Shown piece after piece: positions 1 through 13,269 of a DNA stretch of 63,647 nt. The stretch spans positions 124,001-187,647 of the forward strand of contig NW_026869159.1 of assembly GCF_020745735.1 (NCBI RefSeq), in the 5' to 3' direction. Position 1 is the stretch's first letter. Every line of letters begins with the position of its first letter. Under the pieces are notes generated by a model that saw only the letters and a program-made list of their open reading frames with translations, ran no database searches and was not told the origin of the DNA. Made by a program: the position numbers and the translations under genes. Source of the DNA: Hemiscyllium ocellatum. Taxonomy: Eukaryota.

Positions 1-1270
1 ACCAACGAGTTGCTCTTCTCCCTTTGGTGATAAGTGAGAGAAACAATGTCGAATTTTGGTAGCGTGTCACAACAATAAAGTTCCTGTGTTTGGGCATTCG
101 ATCCAGTAAAACGTGGTTCATCAGAAAAGAGGATGCACTTGGAACTCGGCATCCTGCATTCTGCCAATCAGCATAACCCTTTTGTTATAGAAGAAGTGAA
201 ACCTTTTGAAACGATCACACGTGAGATGATGTATTGAGTAGACGACAGTTGAGAGTTTCTGATAAGCAGTTGCAAAAATGGTTTGTGGGAGTGCTCAGTG
301 TTTGTGTCAGCACATCTTTGTACAGTGGCACACTACAGTGCCTGACCACTCAGTACCACCACCAGCAATAACGTAATGAGCAAAAAGAGGAGTTGCTGCA
401 AAAGCTTGGTAGGTTTATCAACATATGTGAAAAAATAGTTGAGTTAATGTTTCGATGTATTGATCCTTCATTAAAATTGAACCCAGAACTTTCAGTCGGA
501 GTTTTCTTCACCGATGTTGCCATACCTACTCAGCTTTTCTATAACTTCTGTTTTTGATCCTGATTTTCACTATCATTGATCTTTCTGTTTTAAATTTACC
601 AACAATGTCATTACTTATTGTTCATTCAGTCAAAAGGGTGAACCTACAGTCATAGTCGGTTATAGAACAATACGACATAGAAACAGACCCTTTGGCCCGT
701 CATGTCTGTGCTGACCAAGTGATGATGAAAATATTTTTCATAAATGCTGCAGGCACTCACTCCACATCACCAATAAAAGTGTTCTTCACCTCGTGTGAAT
801 ACAGAACCCTCACTAAAAATGTCCAGAAGTTCCTCGATGAATTTGTTGAAGATGTTGACTTCTTAAGACCTCGCACTAGGCATGAAGGGTCATTTCACGA
901 GAATGAATTATAAAATGGATGAATAACTGTGAAACAGGGAAAGAGATGACAGTGAGGCAGCCAAATAGGCACAAATACAGTTTGTTTTCCAGAAAACTAC
1001 AGCTGAAATTGTAGCAGTTATTATCTTTGCTTTTCGTTCAGGTTAGGAAGTTTACTATTCCCGCTCTTGTCTCTGTTAGCACCTCAACTCTGCAGGATAT
1101 CTACAGAAACGCGACCTGGACTGGCAATGCGATGGACAGCGTAGCTGAATGAGGTCAAACATATTGTGCTTCATTAAGTCCTGATCCGCACCTTCACGTT
1201 AACAGTTCCAGAATGACACGTTGTCGATTCACAGGTCAAGGATAACAGTGACATGCTTAAAATATCAAGA
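1..1270. repeat. Copy 1 of a local tandem segmental duplication (paralogue of 1480-3170; a short partial third copy near 56300-56420)
   Basis: Collinear matching blocks: 10-410 vs 1487-1885 (ctcttctcc..gataagtgagagaaac), 680-725 vs 2090-2137, 765-850 vs 2655-2745 (acatcaccaataaaa..ccagaagttcctcga), 985-1100 vs 2895-3030. Confidence 0.8.
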
Positions 1271-1479
1271 GGATCGGATGTAACTCACATCTGAGCTGCA
1301 CTCACCAATTAAAAGCATTCAGTAGCGGCTGACTAATGAGTCAGAGCCGCCAGTAAAAGTCTTAGGTGCTTGAGAATTCTGTTAGGCTGTACGGAAATGA
1401 ACATTTTTCATCCTCTCAGCAAATTCCCTAATTATTTGTCAGCAAATCACATCTTGATATTTCAGCTGCATATAAACGA

Positions 1480-3170
1480 TCGGGTTACTCTTCTCCTTTT
1501 GGCGATAAGTGAGAGAAACAAAATCCTATTTTGATAGCGAGTCACAAAAATAAAGTTCCTGACTCTGGGCTTTGTATCCAGTGAAGTGGTTCTGCAGAAT
1601 AGAGGATCCACGAGGGAAGTGGCATCCGTGAAAAGTTAGTCAGTATAACAGTTTTGTTACGGAAGAGGTGAAATCTTTTGATTGGATCACACATGAGATG
1701 ACGTGTGGAGAAGTCGACAGTCCTGAGAGTTTCTGATGGGCAGCTGGAAAGATGGTTTGTGGGAGTGCTTTTTTTTGTGTCAGCACATGGTTGTACAATG
1801 AAACTCCGCAGTGCCTGACAACTCAGTACTACCAGGACCAATAAAGTAACGAACAAAAAGAGAAGTTGCTGCAAAAGCTTGGCAGTACTGGACCCAAAAC
1901 TTTCACACAGATCTTTCTTCACAGTTGTTGCTTGCCTACTCAGCTTTTCCAGAACCATCTGTTTTTGGTCCTGATTTTCAGCATCTGCTGTTCTGTCGGT
2001 TTTTATTTATCAATAATGTTATAATTACTTGTGCATTAATCAAGAGGGTGAACCAGCAGTCATCGACAGTCATATAACAATACAGCATAGAAAGAGACCC
2101 TTTGGCCCATCATGTCTGTGCTGTCCAAGTGGTGATGTAAATGCTTTTCACAAATACACCTGGCTACAGGCTCTCTGTGCACTTTGTCCATTTGACCTTT
2201 TTCATTAGAATGCCAAACAGATTTAAATGCAATTACAAAACGAGTACTTATGACATAATTGTTCATATAGTCAATGACTACAATAGGTATCTCTGCATTT
2301 AAGCAGAACATATTGCCAAAATATTTGTAATGATGTTGCTCAGTGAGAACCCTCAAAACAGGGCACATAATTTAAGACAAAAGGTATTTCGACATGATGC
2401 TTAAAGAGGCACCAGCATCACATCTATCTGATTCTCCAAAATACTTAGTGTAGGAATGTGCAGTGTCAATTGTTCTGTATGAAATGTACTTTCAATCCTG
2501 TGCATAACATTGAAGATTGAATAGGTTCATATTGTCGCCTTGGGTTTCATTCTGAAGAAAGTGGAATTGTGATAATTTGATGTTGTTCAGCAGACGTGCT
2601 GCACGAAAGAAGAGAGGAGGTGCCTGCTTTGAGGTGCTGAGCTGCAGCAAATGTACATCACCAATAAAAAGTGTCATTCAACTCGTCTGATTGCAGAACG
2701 CTCGCTTGAAATGGCCAGAAGTTCCTCGAAGAATTTGGTCAATGTGATTAAGTCAATAGACTCGCGCGAGGCATGCAGGCACATTGCACGAGATTGGATT
2801 ATATAATGGAAGAACAATTGCGAATGAAAAGAGAGAAATTTCCAACCGGAAAGAGATGATAATGAAGCCTCCATATGAAAACAAACACGGTTTGCTTTCC
2901 CGAAAAACACAAGGCTTTTGAAGACTCAATTTAAATAATATCAATCATTATCCTCGCTTTTTCTTCAGGTTGTGAAGGTTACTCTTCCTGTTCATGGCTC
3001 TGTTAACACCTCGACTCCGCAGGATGTCTGATAAAACATGATCTGGTCTCGTGACGCAACGAACAGCACATCTGACTGCTCCCCAGCTAGATCTAGGTAT
3101 CACTCCACCATGTTCTGGTGAATGTTGAAATGTGTCTAACCTGGTCACGATTCTCATGTCACTCATTTAA
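1480..3170. repeat. Copy 2 of the local tandem segmental duplication
   Basis: Same collinear blocks as 1-1270, plus an insertion at about 2140-2640. Confidence 0.8.
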
Positions 3171-3289
3171 GCGTTCGATTTCAGAAGAAATAATTTCATG
3201 ATATTCGCCACTTTTCTGTGGGTTGTGGCATGACTCCTACCAACTCCAAGATCCACACTTAAGACCATGAATTTGGCCATCTCTGAGGG

Positions 3290-3490
3290 AGTTGGAATTA
3301 CGTTTTGTGTTCGAAATTGGTGGCATTCCTTTCTACAATTCCTGTTCCAAGTTTCAGCTTGGAAGTTGTGTCCCTGGATGCAATAGAAAGACGGTCTCCC
3401 ACTTGTTCACATCTCTTCTATTTCTGGAGGCAAGTCTTCAGGATGTCTTTGAAATGTTTCCTTCGACGTTTGAGTACTCCTTTAACTGAG
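3290..3490 (-). mobile_element. Old RTE-like LINE 3' fragment
   Basis: Minus strand reads GVLKRRRKHFKDILKTCLQK, resembling the RTE ORF C-terminus (GGQRKRFKDTLK). Confidence 0.35.
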
Positions 3491-4352
3491 TGAAGCTGAT
3501 TTGTTTTCATAGTCATAGCTTAGGCATGCTGTCCCATGTCCAGAGTAGCGGAGTGGGATCTAAGGGTCGGTAACTTGGATGTTGGGTCTATTGGTGATTT
3601 GAAGCACTTTGAATTTTTTTTTGGTGGTCTTCATATCTGGTCACTGTTATAACTGAATTCAGTGCGCAAATTGCTGAACAACAAAATGGCTGGAATGCCT
3701 CTTGGATGATGTGACAATTTGCGATTGTCTTACTCAGGTGTCTGCACAAACTATTGTGCGGCAGATGCAACAGAGGAAAGATTAATTTCGGCCATTTTGT
3801 CAACTCGTCAAGTTGCATAAACAAAAAAGTGCGGTTTTTGTCAAAGTCCGCTTTATGTTCAGAACTTTCAAATGTATTGTCAGAGCAATCATTAGTTTGT
3901 ATTTAATTTTTGCTGTCTGTTCTCGAACAAGAAAATAAGAATGTGAATGCTGAAATCTGAAGCCAAAGAGAACTTCTTGCTGATGAAGCTCAGCCGGTCT
4001 GGCAGCAGCTGTCAGGAGAAAACAGAGTTAAAATTTTGAGTCCACTAACTCTTCATCAGAAAAATGCGTGTCCCAGTTGACTTTTATAAGAGCATAAGAA
4101 CATAAGAACGAGGAGCAGGAGAAGGCCACCCGACCTTTCGAGCCTGCTCCAACATTCAATAAGATCATGCCCTAATTTTTTTGGTGACACAGATTTCACC
4201 GATACGAACATGTCAAATTAAAGGTTGGTGTTCAATTAATCTCTTCTGCTAGATTTTCACCCTGCACGTTTGTTGAAACTTGTGTCAGTCCAACCGCCAC
4301 TGCAGCATGAAGAATACGCAACAACCTTGGTGGAGATGTTCAATTCCCAAGA

Positions 4353-4480
4353 NNNNNNNNNNNNNNNNNNNNNNNNNNNNNNNNNNNNNNNNNNNNNNNN
4401 NNNNNNNNNNNNNNNNNNNNNNNNNNNNNNNNNNNNNNNNNNNNNNNNNNNNNNNNNNNNNNNNNNNNNNNNNNNNNNNN
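4353..4480. other. Assembly gap (128 N)
   Basis: Run of N. Confidence 0.99.
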
Positions 4481-5444
4481 CAGATAAATAACAATGAAGA
4501 TGTCCACAATACTTGCAATCGAGGAGCAATTGTTTGTCTGCATGGTAATATAATTGTTATTGCAGAACAAGTAGAAGAAACATTATATATTAGTCACTGA
4601 AAATCGCCGCATGTAATTTATCTGAATGCCTTACCATATTAAGAACCTTCATAGAGGGTAAGGCGAGGAAAGACAAGCAGGACCTGGCAAATGTGTTAAT
4701 TGTCTAAAGCACAAACGAAACATCGTTTCTGTTCGTCCTGCATATTATTGATCAAAACATAACATTGGGAAATCATGAAATTAACCTTGATTTTCTTCTA
4801 GCTAAAGGAAATAGCACGCATTTGACTTCAGGCGCAAAATATATGTGTGTATGACGAGGTTTAGCGTGGGGAGGTTTTGCTGGAGTGGGGAAGGGCGAGG
4901 GGGCTGTGTTCTTTGGAGCTGCAAATACTGTGAAAGGCTTTGACTAAAATTGAGTTTTACCAAGAGAGGCATCAATTATGTAATCTAGCGAAAACATGAA
5001 AATGTTGAGGTCATTGTTGAGGACATAAGGAGCTATTCATCAGGATTGTGTCAAATTGAAAGACAACGTGAACGATTCAAATAAATAGATGAAATAGTGC
5101 TGAGACACGAATGAGGGAGAAAACGGAAGTAACATAAGAATGCCGACCGAGAGGGAAGGGGCGGAGGAGAGAAAGAAATGATTATCAAATGATATAGCTC
5201 GGACCATTGGCCATGTAAAATAGTCATGACAGGCATGGACCACAGGTGACTTCCTCATCCTTAAAAATACATTTTCTGCAAGTTTTATTTTCCATGAGTA
5301 TTAGTAACAGAGTACGGCAAGGCTGATAAATACACTGTCCATAATTCCAGTACAGAAGCATGAACGCACAAATGTCATTTAATTTTGACAGGGAGAGAAT
5401 GTGTTTCACACTGAGCCCCCTTGATTGACGGAAAACATGATAAC

Positions 5445-6907
5445 TTTGTTTGCACACAGCGAGAGGTGTGAAGGGAGACATCACCTTGTTTAGTTCATCT
5501 CAGAACTTGCTCTGGGATATTGCATAAATGAAGACGTTGTTGCAAGAACTTAGTATCTGCAGATGTTCGTCGATTCTCTGGAGAATGAAATGTTGGTTAG
5601 TGAAATCCATGCCGCTGAAGTATACCTCAACTGCAAGCCGCACACAGGGGAAGCGTCCGACATAGGTGACCCTTAGATGGAGGAAGCTGAACGAGATGGT
5701 GAAGAGCAGTCTTATGGACCTCTTGCACTTGGCCTTCTCAGAGTTTCTGTGGCTCGCTGTGCCCCTGAGTCTGCTTCGGACACTGCTGGCCACCAATATG
5801 TATCTAACAGTCACAGCATTGAGCAGCAGAATAAGGAGGAATGAGACAATAGGCGTCAAGATGTGATTCAGCCAGTCATAGGATTTACATGCAGAGTTTA
5901 AGTACGAGTCTCTGAAGTCACAGAACCAGGACACCACGTCCACAATGTACAAGGGCTGGTAGACGAAGTAGGAAGGCAGGTTTTTGATGCATCTCATGAT
6001 ACAAACCACTCCGAAGAGCAGTGATGCAGTTTTTTTCGATTCAGTAACTTGTCTTCAGACTTCAGCAGTTAGTAACGACAAAACGGTCGATGGTGAATTT
6101 AACAGTTCGCCAGACTGAACCATCCCGGCTGGCATAGATCATCAGGGTGCGTACTGTACAGGTAGTGGTCGTGGACAGGGCACTGTGTCGAAAGTAAGTG
6201 TCGCCAGTCGCATTCAGGATGCACTCAGTGATGATCACAAGAAAATCACTCACTGTTGTCCTCATCAAGGAAAAGGTTGTGCACCCAGAAAGTCCGCACT
6301 GTCCTTGTGATATTATGATGATCGCTAGCAGGTTGACTGGGGGCAATTTAAATCTATTATCGAACTGACTTGAGTAATCACGAGATATACTTTTAATCCT
6401 TAAAATAATGACGTATCTGCAATAATTCTCTTCGGGATCATCGTGTCATCTGTGCATTAAAGTATCGAGCACCATGATAGCCCATTATTACAGACAATAG
6501 CAAAAAGAGCAGTTTGTCGTTTCAACAATATGACATAATTTAATTTTGTGTAGTTAATCTCATTATTATTCAGGCAATACCACGTATTGCAATTCACAAA
6601 CCAGTAATCTAATAACCGGCTATTCACTAATTGCTCAATTGAGCAGCTCAATAGATATAATGTTGCTGTGCACTGCAAACGCGTGCAAGTTAGTGTAACT
6701 TAATACTTTGCATATACATGGTGATTTGGCTGCGTTTCCTTCAGCGGTGACGATCAAAAGAAAAAAAAACGGCCATGAAATTTAATAGAAAATACTTTTT
6801 TGCACTTCTAAACAACTGCTTAGAATCTGTTACTTACCAGGGACACCGGTACTAGCAAGAGCTGAATAATACAGGGCATTGAACGAGACATTCGCTGGGC
6901 CATGCAT
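5445..6907 (-). pseudogene. GPR139/142-like class A GPCR pseudogene A (exon 1 6838-6907, exon 2 about 5445-6336); paralogue of the intact gene at 58046-59492
   Basis: Exon 1 MHGPANVSFNALYYSALASTGVP with phase-1 GT donor. Exon 2 VNLLAIII..SDFLVII..IDRFV..; two TGA stops and a +1 frameshift after DRF (6020-6065); premature TGA at 5500 after SSCNNVFIYAISQSKF. Confidence 0.93.
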
Positions 6908-8229
6908 CACTTGTTGTAAACTAATCGAAATCTCAAAACTCCTCGCTTGATCTCCGTGACATAAAGAAAAAGGTCTCTAATTTATACAATTTCAGAGTCT
7001 GGAGAGTGTCAATTGCATTCGAACATGTACCTTCGTTTCTGGTCCGGTGTCATGCCTGCTGTGTAACATTGGAATATTGCACAATTGCACACACGTAAAT
7101 CGAGAACAGCAACCTCCAAATTCTGAAGCCCCCTTCCACGTGTTTTGATTACTCCATCAAATAGAGTTCCTACTTCAATAGGTGAGCTTAGGTCTTATAC
7201 TTAATTTGAAGGACATCTCAGTCCTTCACTGCATTTTCCCCAATTGTTTCTATGTTTAGTTGTGAAAGTCGTGAAAGATTTTCCTTCTACGGTTTTGCTC
7301 TCTTAACATTCGTCTATAAGTAAATTTCAAAAAGTTGTTGGGTCTGTTTACCAATAATGGATGATATCTGAGGAGGAGTCCAGAGCATGAAAATCTTTTG
7401 GATGCTGAGAACAGAAAACTTCTTACATTGAAGGTTGATAAATTCCTCGGCCAAATCGGGTCCATTCCAGAGTCTAGCATGAGGTGGCTGAACAGACAAT
7501 GAGTGCACTGATGGTTACCACTGGAAATTCTCGAAATTCCAGAAAAGTGCCTGAGCATTATTGAAACAGAAGATAATATATCAACTCTATAAGAACGGTG
7601 AGATCAGAAAACAGGGGCCACAGTACTGTTGAATTCCAATTATAAGGAAATGCCAGGTCATATGTTGAAGGAGACGATAAGTAGACATTTCGTAACAATG
7701 GTATGTTTGACATGAGTCAATACAGAATTATACAGTAGAAGGACTGTTTGGCAAACCCACTGGAATTCGTTTTGTAGATGCTAATTGTAGCAGCGATTAG
7801 GCGAAACCAGCAGATGTGTTGTGTTTTCGTTATTTTGAAAGTTTTTGATAACATCCCATACAGGAAATCTGTAAATATATTGTAGAAAACGATGTTGATG
7901 TTAAGTTGCTGTGATTAATTAATGAGGAGAATTCAAATTGTAGAAGGGAATGGATTATCCTCAGGATGGTCAAATGTTATTAGTTGAAGTAAGAATCTGT
8001 GAGACAGAGCTTAGCAATTTATACGATGATTGTCTCAGTCATAGTTATTCAAAAATTGTTGATGTCATGAAACTAAGTGATAACTTATTTTGTGTAAGCC
8101 AAAGGGAGGCTTCAGTCCAGCTTAGACTGGATAATAATATTGGACTGTTAAACATTACACAGCAGCAAGTTGCATTCCAATAAATTTAATTGAAAAAACA
8201 AGGTTTTGGAGAGCTTCACCTTCGTCAGT

Positions 8230-9600
8230 TAGCTAGTGTGGCAGGATCATAGAACACAGAATTTACAGCAAAAGATCAAAGTATCACACAACTGATGCGA
8301 TGCATTAAAGAAAACTGGATTTCTGTTAAGTCTTTAATCCCTTATAATGGGGAAGTAGGTTTTGATTGATTAATATATAATTCCAGACCTGCTTTCAAGT
8401 CACAGTCCCGAGACAATTTGAGTTTTTTATTGTAAAAACAACAGTGACACCTCAGCTCAGACATTAACGATGTGTGGTTAGTGTCTGTCTGTGTCCGAAA
8501 GTTAAGTCAGTCTGGTTCTGTTTCCTAAGTAAGATTTTTCAAATGTCACATGGACTGACTGCCTACAAATTGTGTGTTTTAAGCAAAATAGAACGTATAT
8601 GCAAAGAAAATCTGCAAATGCAATTTCACCCCATAAATTTATATGTGCGTGTACATGGGTATGAGGGAGAGAGAGAGAACATACGTGTGGTGCAGAGAGG
8701 GAGACATTATGCATGGGTGTGTGCGCGCGTGCCTGCGTGTGTTTGATAGAGTGTGTGCCTGAGTGTGACAGAGTATATGCTTCTCAGATGGTGTGCTAAT
8801 GAGTGTGAGTGCATGAGTGTATGTGTCTGTGTCTGAGAGAAAGTATGTGATCGTGTGTCTGAGTGCACGTGTTTGTGTATTTTGGTGTGCGTTTGTGTGT
8901 GTGTGTGTGTGTGTGTGTCAGCGTATATCTGCAGTGGAGTACCCTGTGGTGTGACATGAACCCAAGACCCCGTTTGACGCTGATCTCATGAATACTGAGG
9001 TTGAATTTCAGCATCTGCTCCTCAAATCTGCGTTGCTGCGAAGCCGAGGTCTTCCTTGGAGGATAGACACCCGAAGATCCGAGGCTGATTCTCTGGACAC
9101 CTGAAGTGCTGGAAGTGGCCATTGCTGTCTGGCAATTGTTGTGTGGTATCAATTCATCTCTTGTTGCAACGTTCGCTTGGTCTCACCAATATATGCATCC
9201 TTTCTTCAGCGTTTGAGATAAAGAAGTTTGGCCGAGTCTCATGAATATCTGTCACGCACCAGGTGGGTAGTGTCCCCCCTTGTAATGATAATATATATTT
9301 CGACATTCTGACACGTCTTGCAGTGATTGTCGTGATAGGTTTGCATAACCAAACCACAGCTTGCAGAGAAATGCCTAGCCTTCGGACGACATTGAACTCA
9401 ACACCATGCAATCCCATTATGCCAACCACTGCAAAGCGTGTTGACAAAGATATTACAACTAAAAGTGCGGCCGGCACCCGCCAGGTGGACGGCACTTACT
9501 CATGTGACTCGCCCAACATCGTCTATCGCATAAGATGCAGGATAGGTTGCCCATAGACATGGTATTTTGGAGAGACCACACAGACTGAAATAGCAGAAAT
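8230..9600. mobile_element. Penelope-like element relic: GIY-YIG fragments head-to-head (minus about 8230-9310 with CA-rich tail; plus about 9310-9600)
   Basis: YSCDSPNIVYRIRCRIGCP on +; mirror GIY-YIG C-terminus (..EEQMLKFNLSIHEISVKRGLGFMSHHR) on -; (GT)n tail at 8690-8920. Confidence 0.8.
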
Positions 9601-10384
9601 TTTAATGAGACCTTCTGAGGACCAGTCACTGGACTGGAAATATCAACTCAGCTTTTTCTCCAAAACATTGAGAGACATGCTGAGTTTTTCTGGAAATTTA
9701 GTCTTGTGGTTAGCATATATTCCTGTTAATGCAGGAAAACGAAGTTCTGATGTAGAAACTGGGGCAGAATCTAATGATATCGTTACAATGTTCAATACTC
9801 CGAGGAATTCAACAGGAGAGTAAATGTAAAACATGCAGACTCAACAATAAACAGAATGCATCTTTACTGTGGACACAGTTCAAACACAGGGATTGGGTTA
9901 TGGATCTTCTTGAAGATCACGTTACTCTGCACAACATCCTGAACTGGAGACTGGAATAAGCAGATAAGACAGCCCTCGGAAAAGAAATAACGGCAAACAG
10001 GGAGACAGTGCTGACGGAAACGTGCAAGGAATGCTGTGAGAAAGGAGTGAAGAGATGGGAAAATGACATCAAGAGCAAAACAGTGAGGGAAAGAAATGAA
10101 TAAACAAAGGCGAACTGTGATGAGACCTGTGAGGATCGGAGGAAGCGTGACTGCAAACAAATCATAAGTTCGCTTCATGTCGAGAGTGAAATAATTTCCA
10201 ATATTTCTGCATTCTTTCAGGCTATGCTTCAGGTATCTGTACAGCAGGATATCATGCCTTATGCCGATTTATGACAGGTGTTTATTTTCGTCAGATTTCT
10301 GCATCGAATATAGATGGTAGTAATTCCCGCTAGGCCACACTGTTGAGAAAGAAAAAAAAAATGAAGTGACTTTCCAATCCTTCA

Positions 10385-11933
10385 TCATTTAAGGAATCTG
10401 GTGAGAGCAGTGAAGAGGTAAATCTGAACTTTCTTCATTTGTGTTTGAAACAAATTCTGAGAGAGTGTATATATGAAGACCTTGTTCCAGGAACTAAGTA
10501 ACTGGAGTATGTTGGTGCTCTCATCAAAGATGTACTCCAATTTACTTAAATCCAGTCCATCAAAGTCACTCTTAGCTCTCAGCCGCACATAGATAACAAT
10601 CGGGTATCCCATCCAAAATGAACAAAGGCTGGAATGTAAAGTACAAAGGCATGATCTTGATGCAACTCAGAACACAGACCAGTTCTATGACCAGTGATTC
10701 AGCCTTCTCTTTGCTGTATCTGGTCTTCTGTCTCTGGTAGCAGATGGCTGCGAAGCGACCGATGGTAAAGGCCACTGTCAGCCAGACCGAGCAATCCAGA
10801 GTAGCATTGACCAATACGATGCTAAGAGTGCACGCAGGAGTGGTGGACAAGACGTTTTCCCGAAAATAGATGCGGCTGATTCGGTTGAGGATGACGGCAG
10901 TAGTAATGACGAGGAAATCACTCACTGTAATTGCCACCAGGTAGTAGGTGATACACCTCGAGAAACAGCACCATCCTGGCAATAAGATTGTTATTGCAGA
11001 AAGTTGGCTGTGAAAAATCAAATGATAAATTACTAAGCTCAGTCCAAATATTGTCTGTCACCTCATGAAATATTTTACGGAACTGCCTTCAACTATCAGC
11101 TTGCCAATTCCAGTGTCTAGCTTTTCTGAAATCATTGACAATTATTAGACATCTAGTGTAGTATTAGACACGTAGTGCAGTATTAAACATCTAGCAATAC
11201 ACGTGATGAAGGAACAGCAGTCCGAAATCTTCTTATTTCAAACAAACCTGTTGGAAAATAACCTGGGCTACTGTCATGTCTGACTTTCTCCACCCCAGTC
11301 CAACATTGCACCATCACATCATCTGTCAATGTGATCAATCCAGGAAATGAAATCGCTCTCCAGTGACTGAGGTAATGTTAAGTAGCCACTTGTCCAATTC
11401 GGAATAACAGGAATAATGTGGTTTCCATGAACATATTCATATGAAGCACGGGCCATGCGTCATACCATATCATGTTAAATAATCCATCCTAAAATGGAAC
11501 AAATTTCATTTTTCTGAATTGGATTTGAATCGAATCTGTGATACTATTACAATTGAATATTCATGCATTGTCATTCACCACAGTTATCAGTTCCGTGTCT
11601 CATAGACGATCTTTCTCCAAGTCTTCAGCATTCAAAATTGAATAACGCAGTGCCCTTTATTATACTGAAATCGGAAGCAATTCATGATGATTTGCCGTAG
11701 CACAGATATTATTTCATGATGTATTATAGGGATTGGAGACCTGTGGATGTGCCTTAAAATCAAGGAGTTGCATGTTGAGAAAATGCTACCGAATTCTGGA
11801 AGGGAAAAGAATAAACTTCTGGAAAGACATGATGAGCTAATCGATTTTCTCGAACATCAGTAACACCAGGGCCAGCGATAGCTGCAACAATTGAATAGAA
11901 AATGAAGAATGGTGCAATGGCTGGCTCATGCAT
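10385..11933 (-). pseudogene. GPR139/142-like GPCR pseudogene B (exon 1 11867-11933, exon 2 10385-11007); paralogue of the intact gene at 34721-37106
   Basis: Exon 1 MHEPAIAPFFIFYSIVAAIAGP plus GT donor. Exon 2 has a 1-nt deletion just after the acceptor, DRF changed to GRF, and loss of about 275 nt (ECL2-TM6) at about 10600; ends ..FIYTLSQNLFQTQMKKVQIYLFTALTRFLK*. Confidence 0.92.
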
Positions 11934-11994
11934 CTTCGTTAAAAACTGCAGGATTTATTGTCGCCGTAGGGGTTTGGTGGTATCAAACCGAAAC

Positions 11995-12130
11995 AAAGCT
12001 TTTGACCTGCATGAACTGTGGAAGAGATTCACTCAGTCATCCACCCTTAAACATCAGCAAATCCACACTGAGGAGAAACTGATTACATACTCTTCTGTAC
12101 AATCTAAATTCCACCAATGTTCCACGTCTC
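11995..12130 (+). pseudogene. C2H2 zinc-finger fragment
   Basis: tgcatgaactgtggaagagattcactcagtcatcc.. reads CMNC-GKRFTQSSTLKHQQIHTEEKL (frameshifted), with a degenerate HTGEKP linker. Confidence 0.6.
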
Positions 12131-13039
12131 TTCAGTTCTGGAGAACAGTTATTCTTAATTAGAACCTTTCTCTTCCATAGACACTGCCAGTTATGCTGAG
12201 TTTCTACAGCAATTTTTGTTGTTGTTTCAGGTATCCTGGTCGGGAAAGTCTTGCGTTTTTTGCCTAGATGATATTAGAACAGCTGACAGATAGGTTGGTC
12301 ATGGAGGAATTCGTTCAGGGGTGTTTTTAAGGAGGAAAGGGATGTATGCAGGAGGATCACTTTAAGCAGGAAATTTTCGAGCATTTCACATGTGCAAAAT
12401 AAAAGAATGGCCCTCAGTCATGAAGTAATCAAGAATGCATAACAGACCTGAATGAGATGAATGCAGATATTTTAGAAGGTTATGCTTCTGCAGAGATTAC
12501 ATCGACAGGAATGATTATAATCATGGAGCTAAACAAAATGTCGATATTAAAATGTGGTGCCTTCCAAGTCCAGAACGCTTATAGTTTCAGGAAGACATGG
12601 GTGCATTGTAGGACTTTGTAAAGGAAGCTAAAACAAATGGACTTATTTTCAGGATCACTGATATTGTAGACATTTATTGACATTGTGTGTGACCTTCTAA
12701 ATTCTTGTTAAATGTCTTTTGAGTTTCTCCTCCACCACCCTGAAAGGCAGTGAATTGAACACTCGCAAGTCATTTGGTTAATGTATTGTCCCTCACATCT
12801 CCCTAAACTTCCATCCAACTACCATTAAAATATACCACCAGATCATCGATGCCCAAGTAAATAAAAAAGTTAAATCACATCAGGTAAGTGGAAAACTCTT
12901 TCCTAGTGACACCCCTCCAGCCACAAAGTTTGGAATCGTGGTCTGCACAAGTGGAAAGTGCATGGTCAGTTTGACACCTTGGATGTCTCTGTGGCCATCT
13001 TAACAATAACCACTCTAAAATAGATCTTCTTCGAAGTAT

Positions 13040-13212
13040 TTAGATGAGATTAGATTTCCTACAGAAATGAAACAGGCCCTTCAGCCCAACAAGTCCACAC
13101 TGACCACTAAAGGGTAACCCACCCAGACCCATTCCCCTACATTTACCCCTTACGGACCTAACACTACGGGTAATTTAGCACAGCCAATTCACCTGACCTG
13201 CACATCTTTAGG
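13040..13212 (-). mobile_element. HE1-like shark SINE, 3' fragment
   Basis: (TTAGA)-type tail followed by aacaggcccttcagcccaacaagtccacac..cacatctt; matches the copies at 30979 and 44774. Confidence 0.8.
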
Positions 13213-13269
13213 ATTGAATCATTGTGTACCCCAAGACATATAACAGTGTGTTATAAGATATGAATGATA

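Larger units (their letters stand above)
3700..9600. repeat. About 6-kb segmental duplication, copy L (paralogue of 56400-62250)
   Basis: Continuous collinear similarity across the GPCR 3' flank, both GPCR exons, intron, upstream region and the same head-to-head Penelope insertion. Confidence 0.9.

Noticed and set aside
1542-1958. 138-aa ORF with a TM-like stretch (type II receptor?)
   Set aside because: The hydrophobic part adjoins or overlaps a common shark repeat, and the paralogous copy at 60-410 has a stop and frameshift in this frame.
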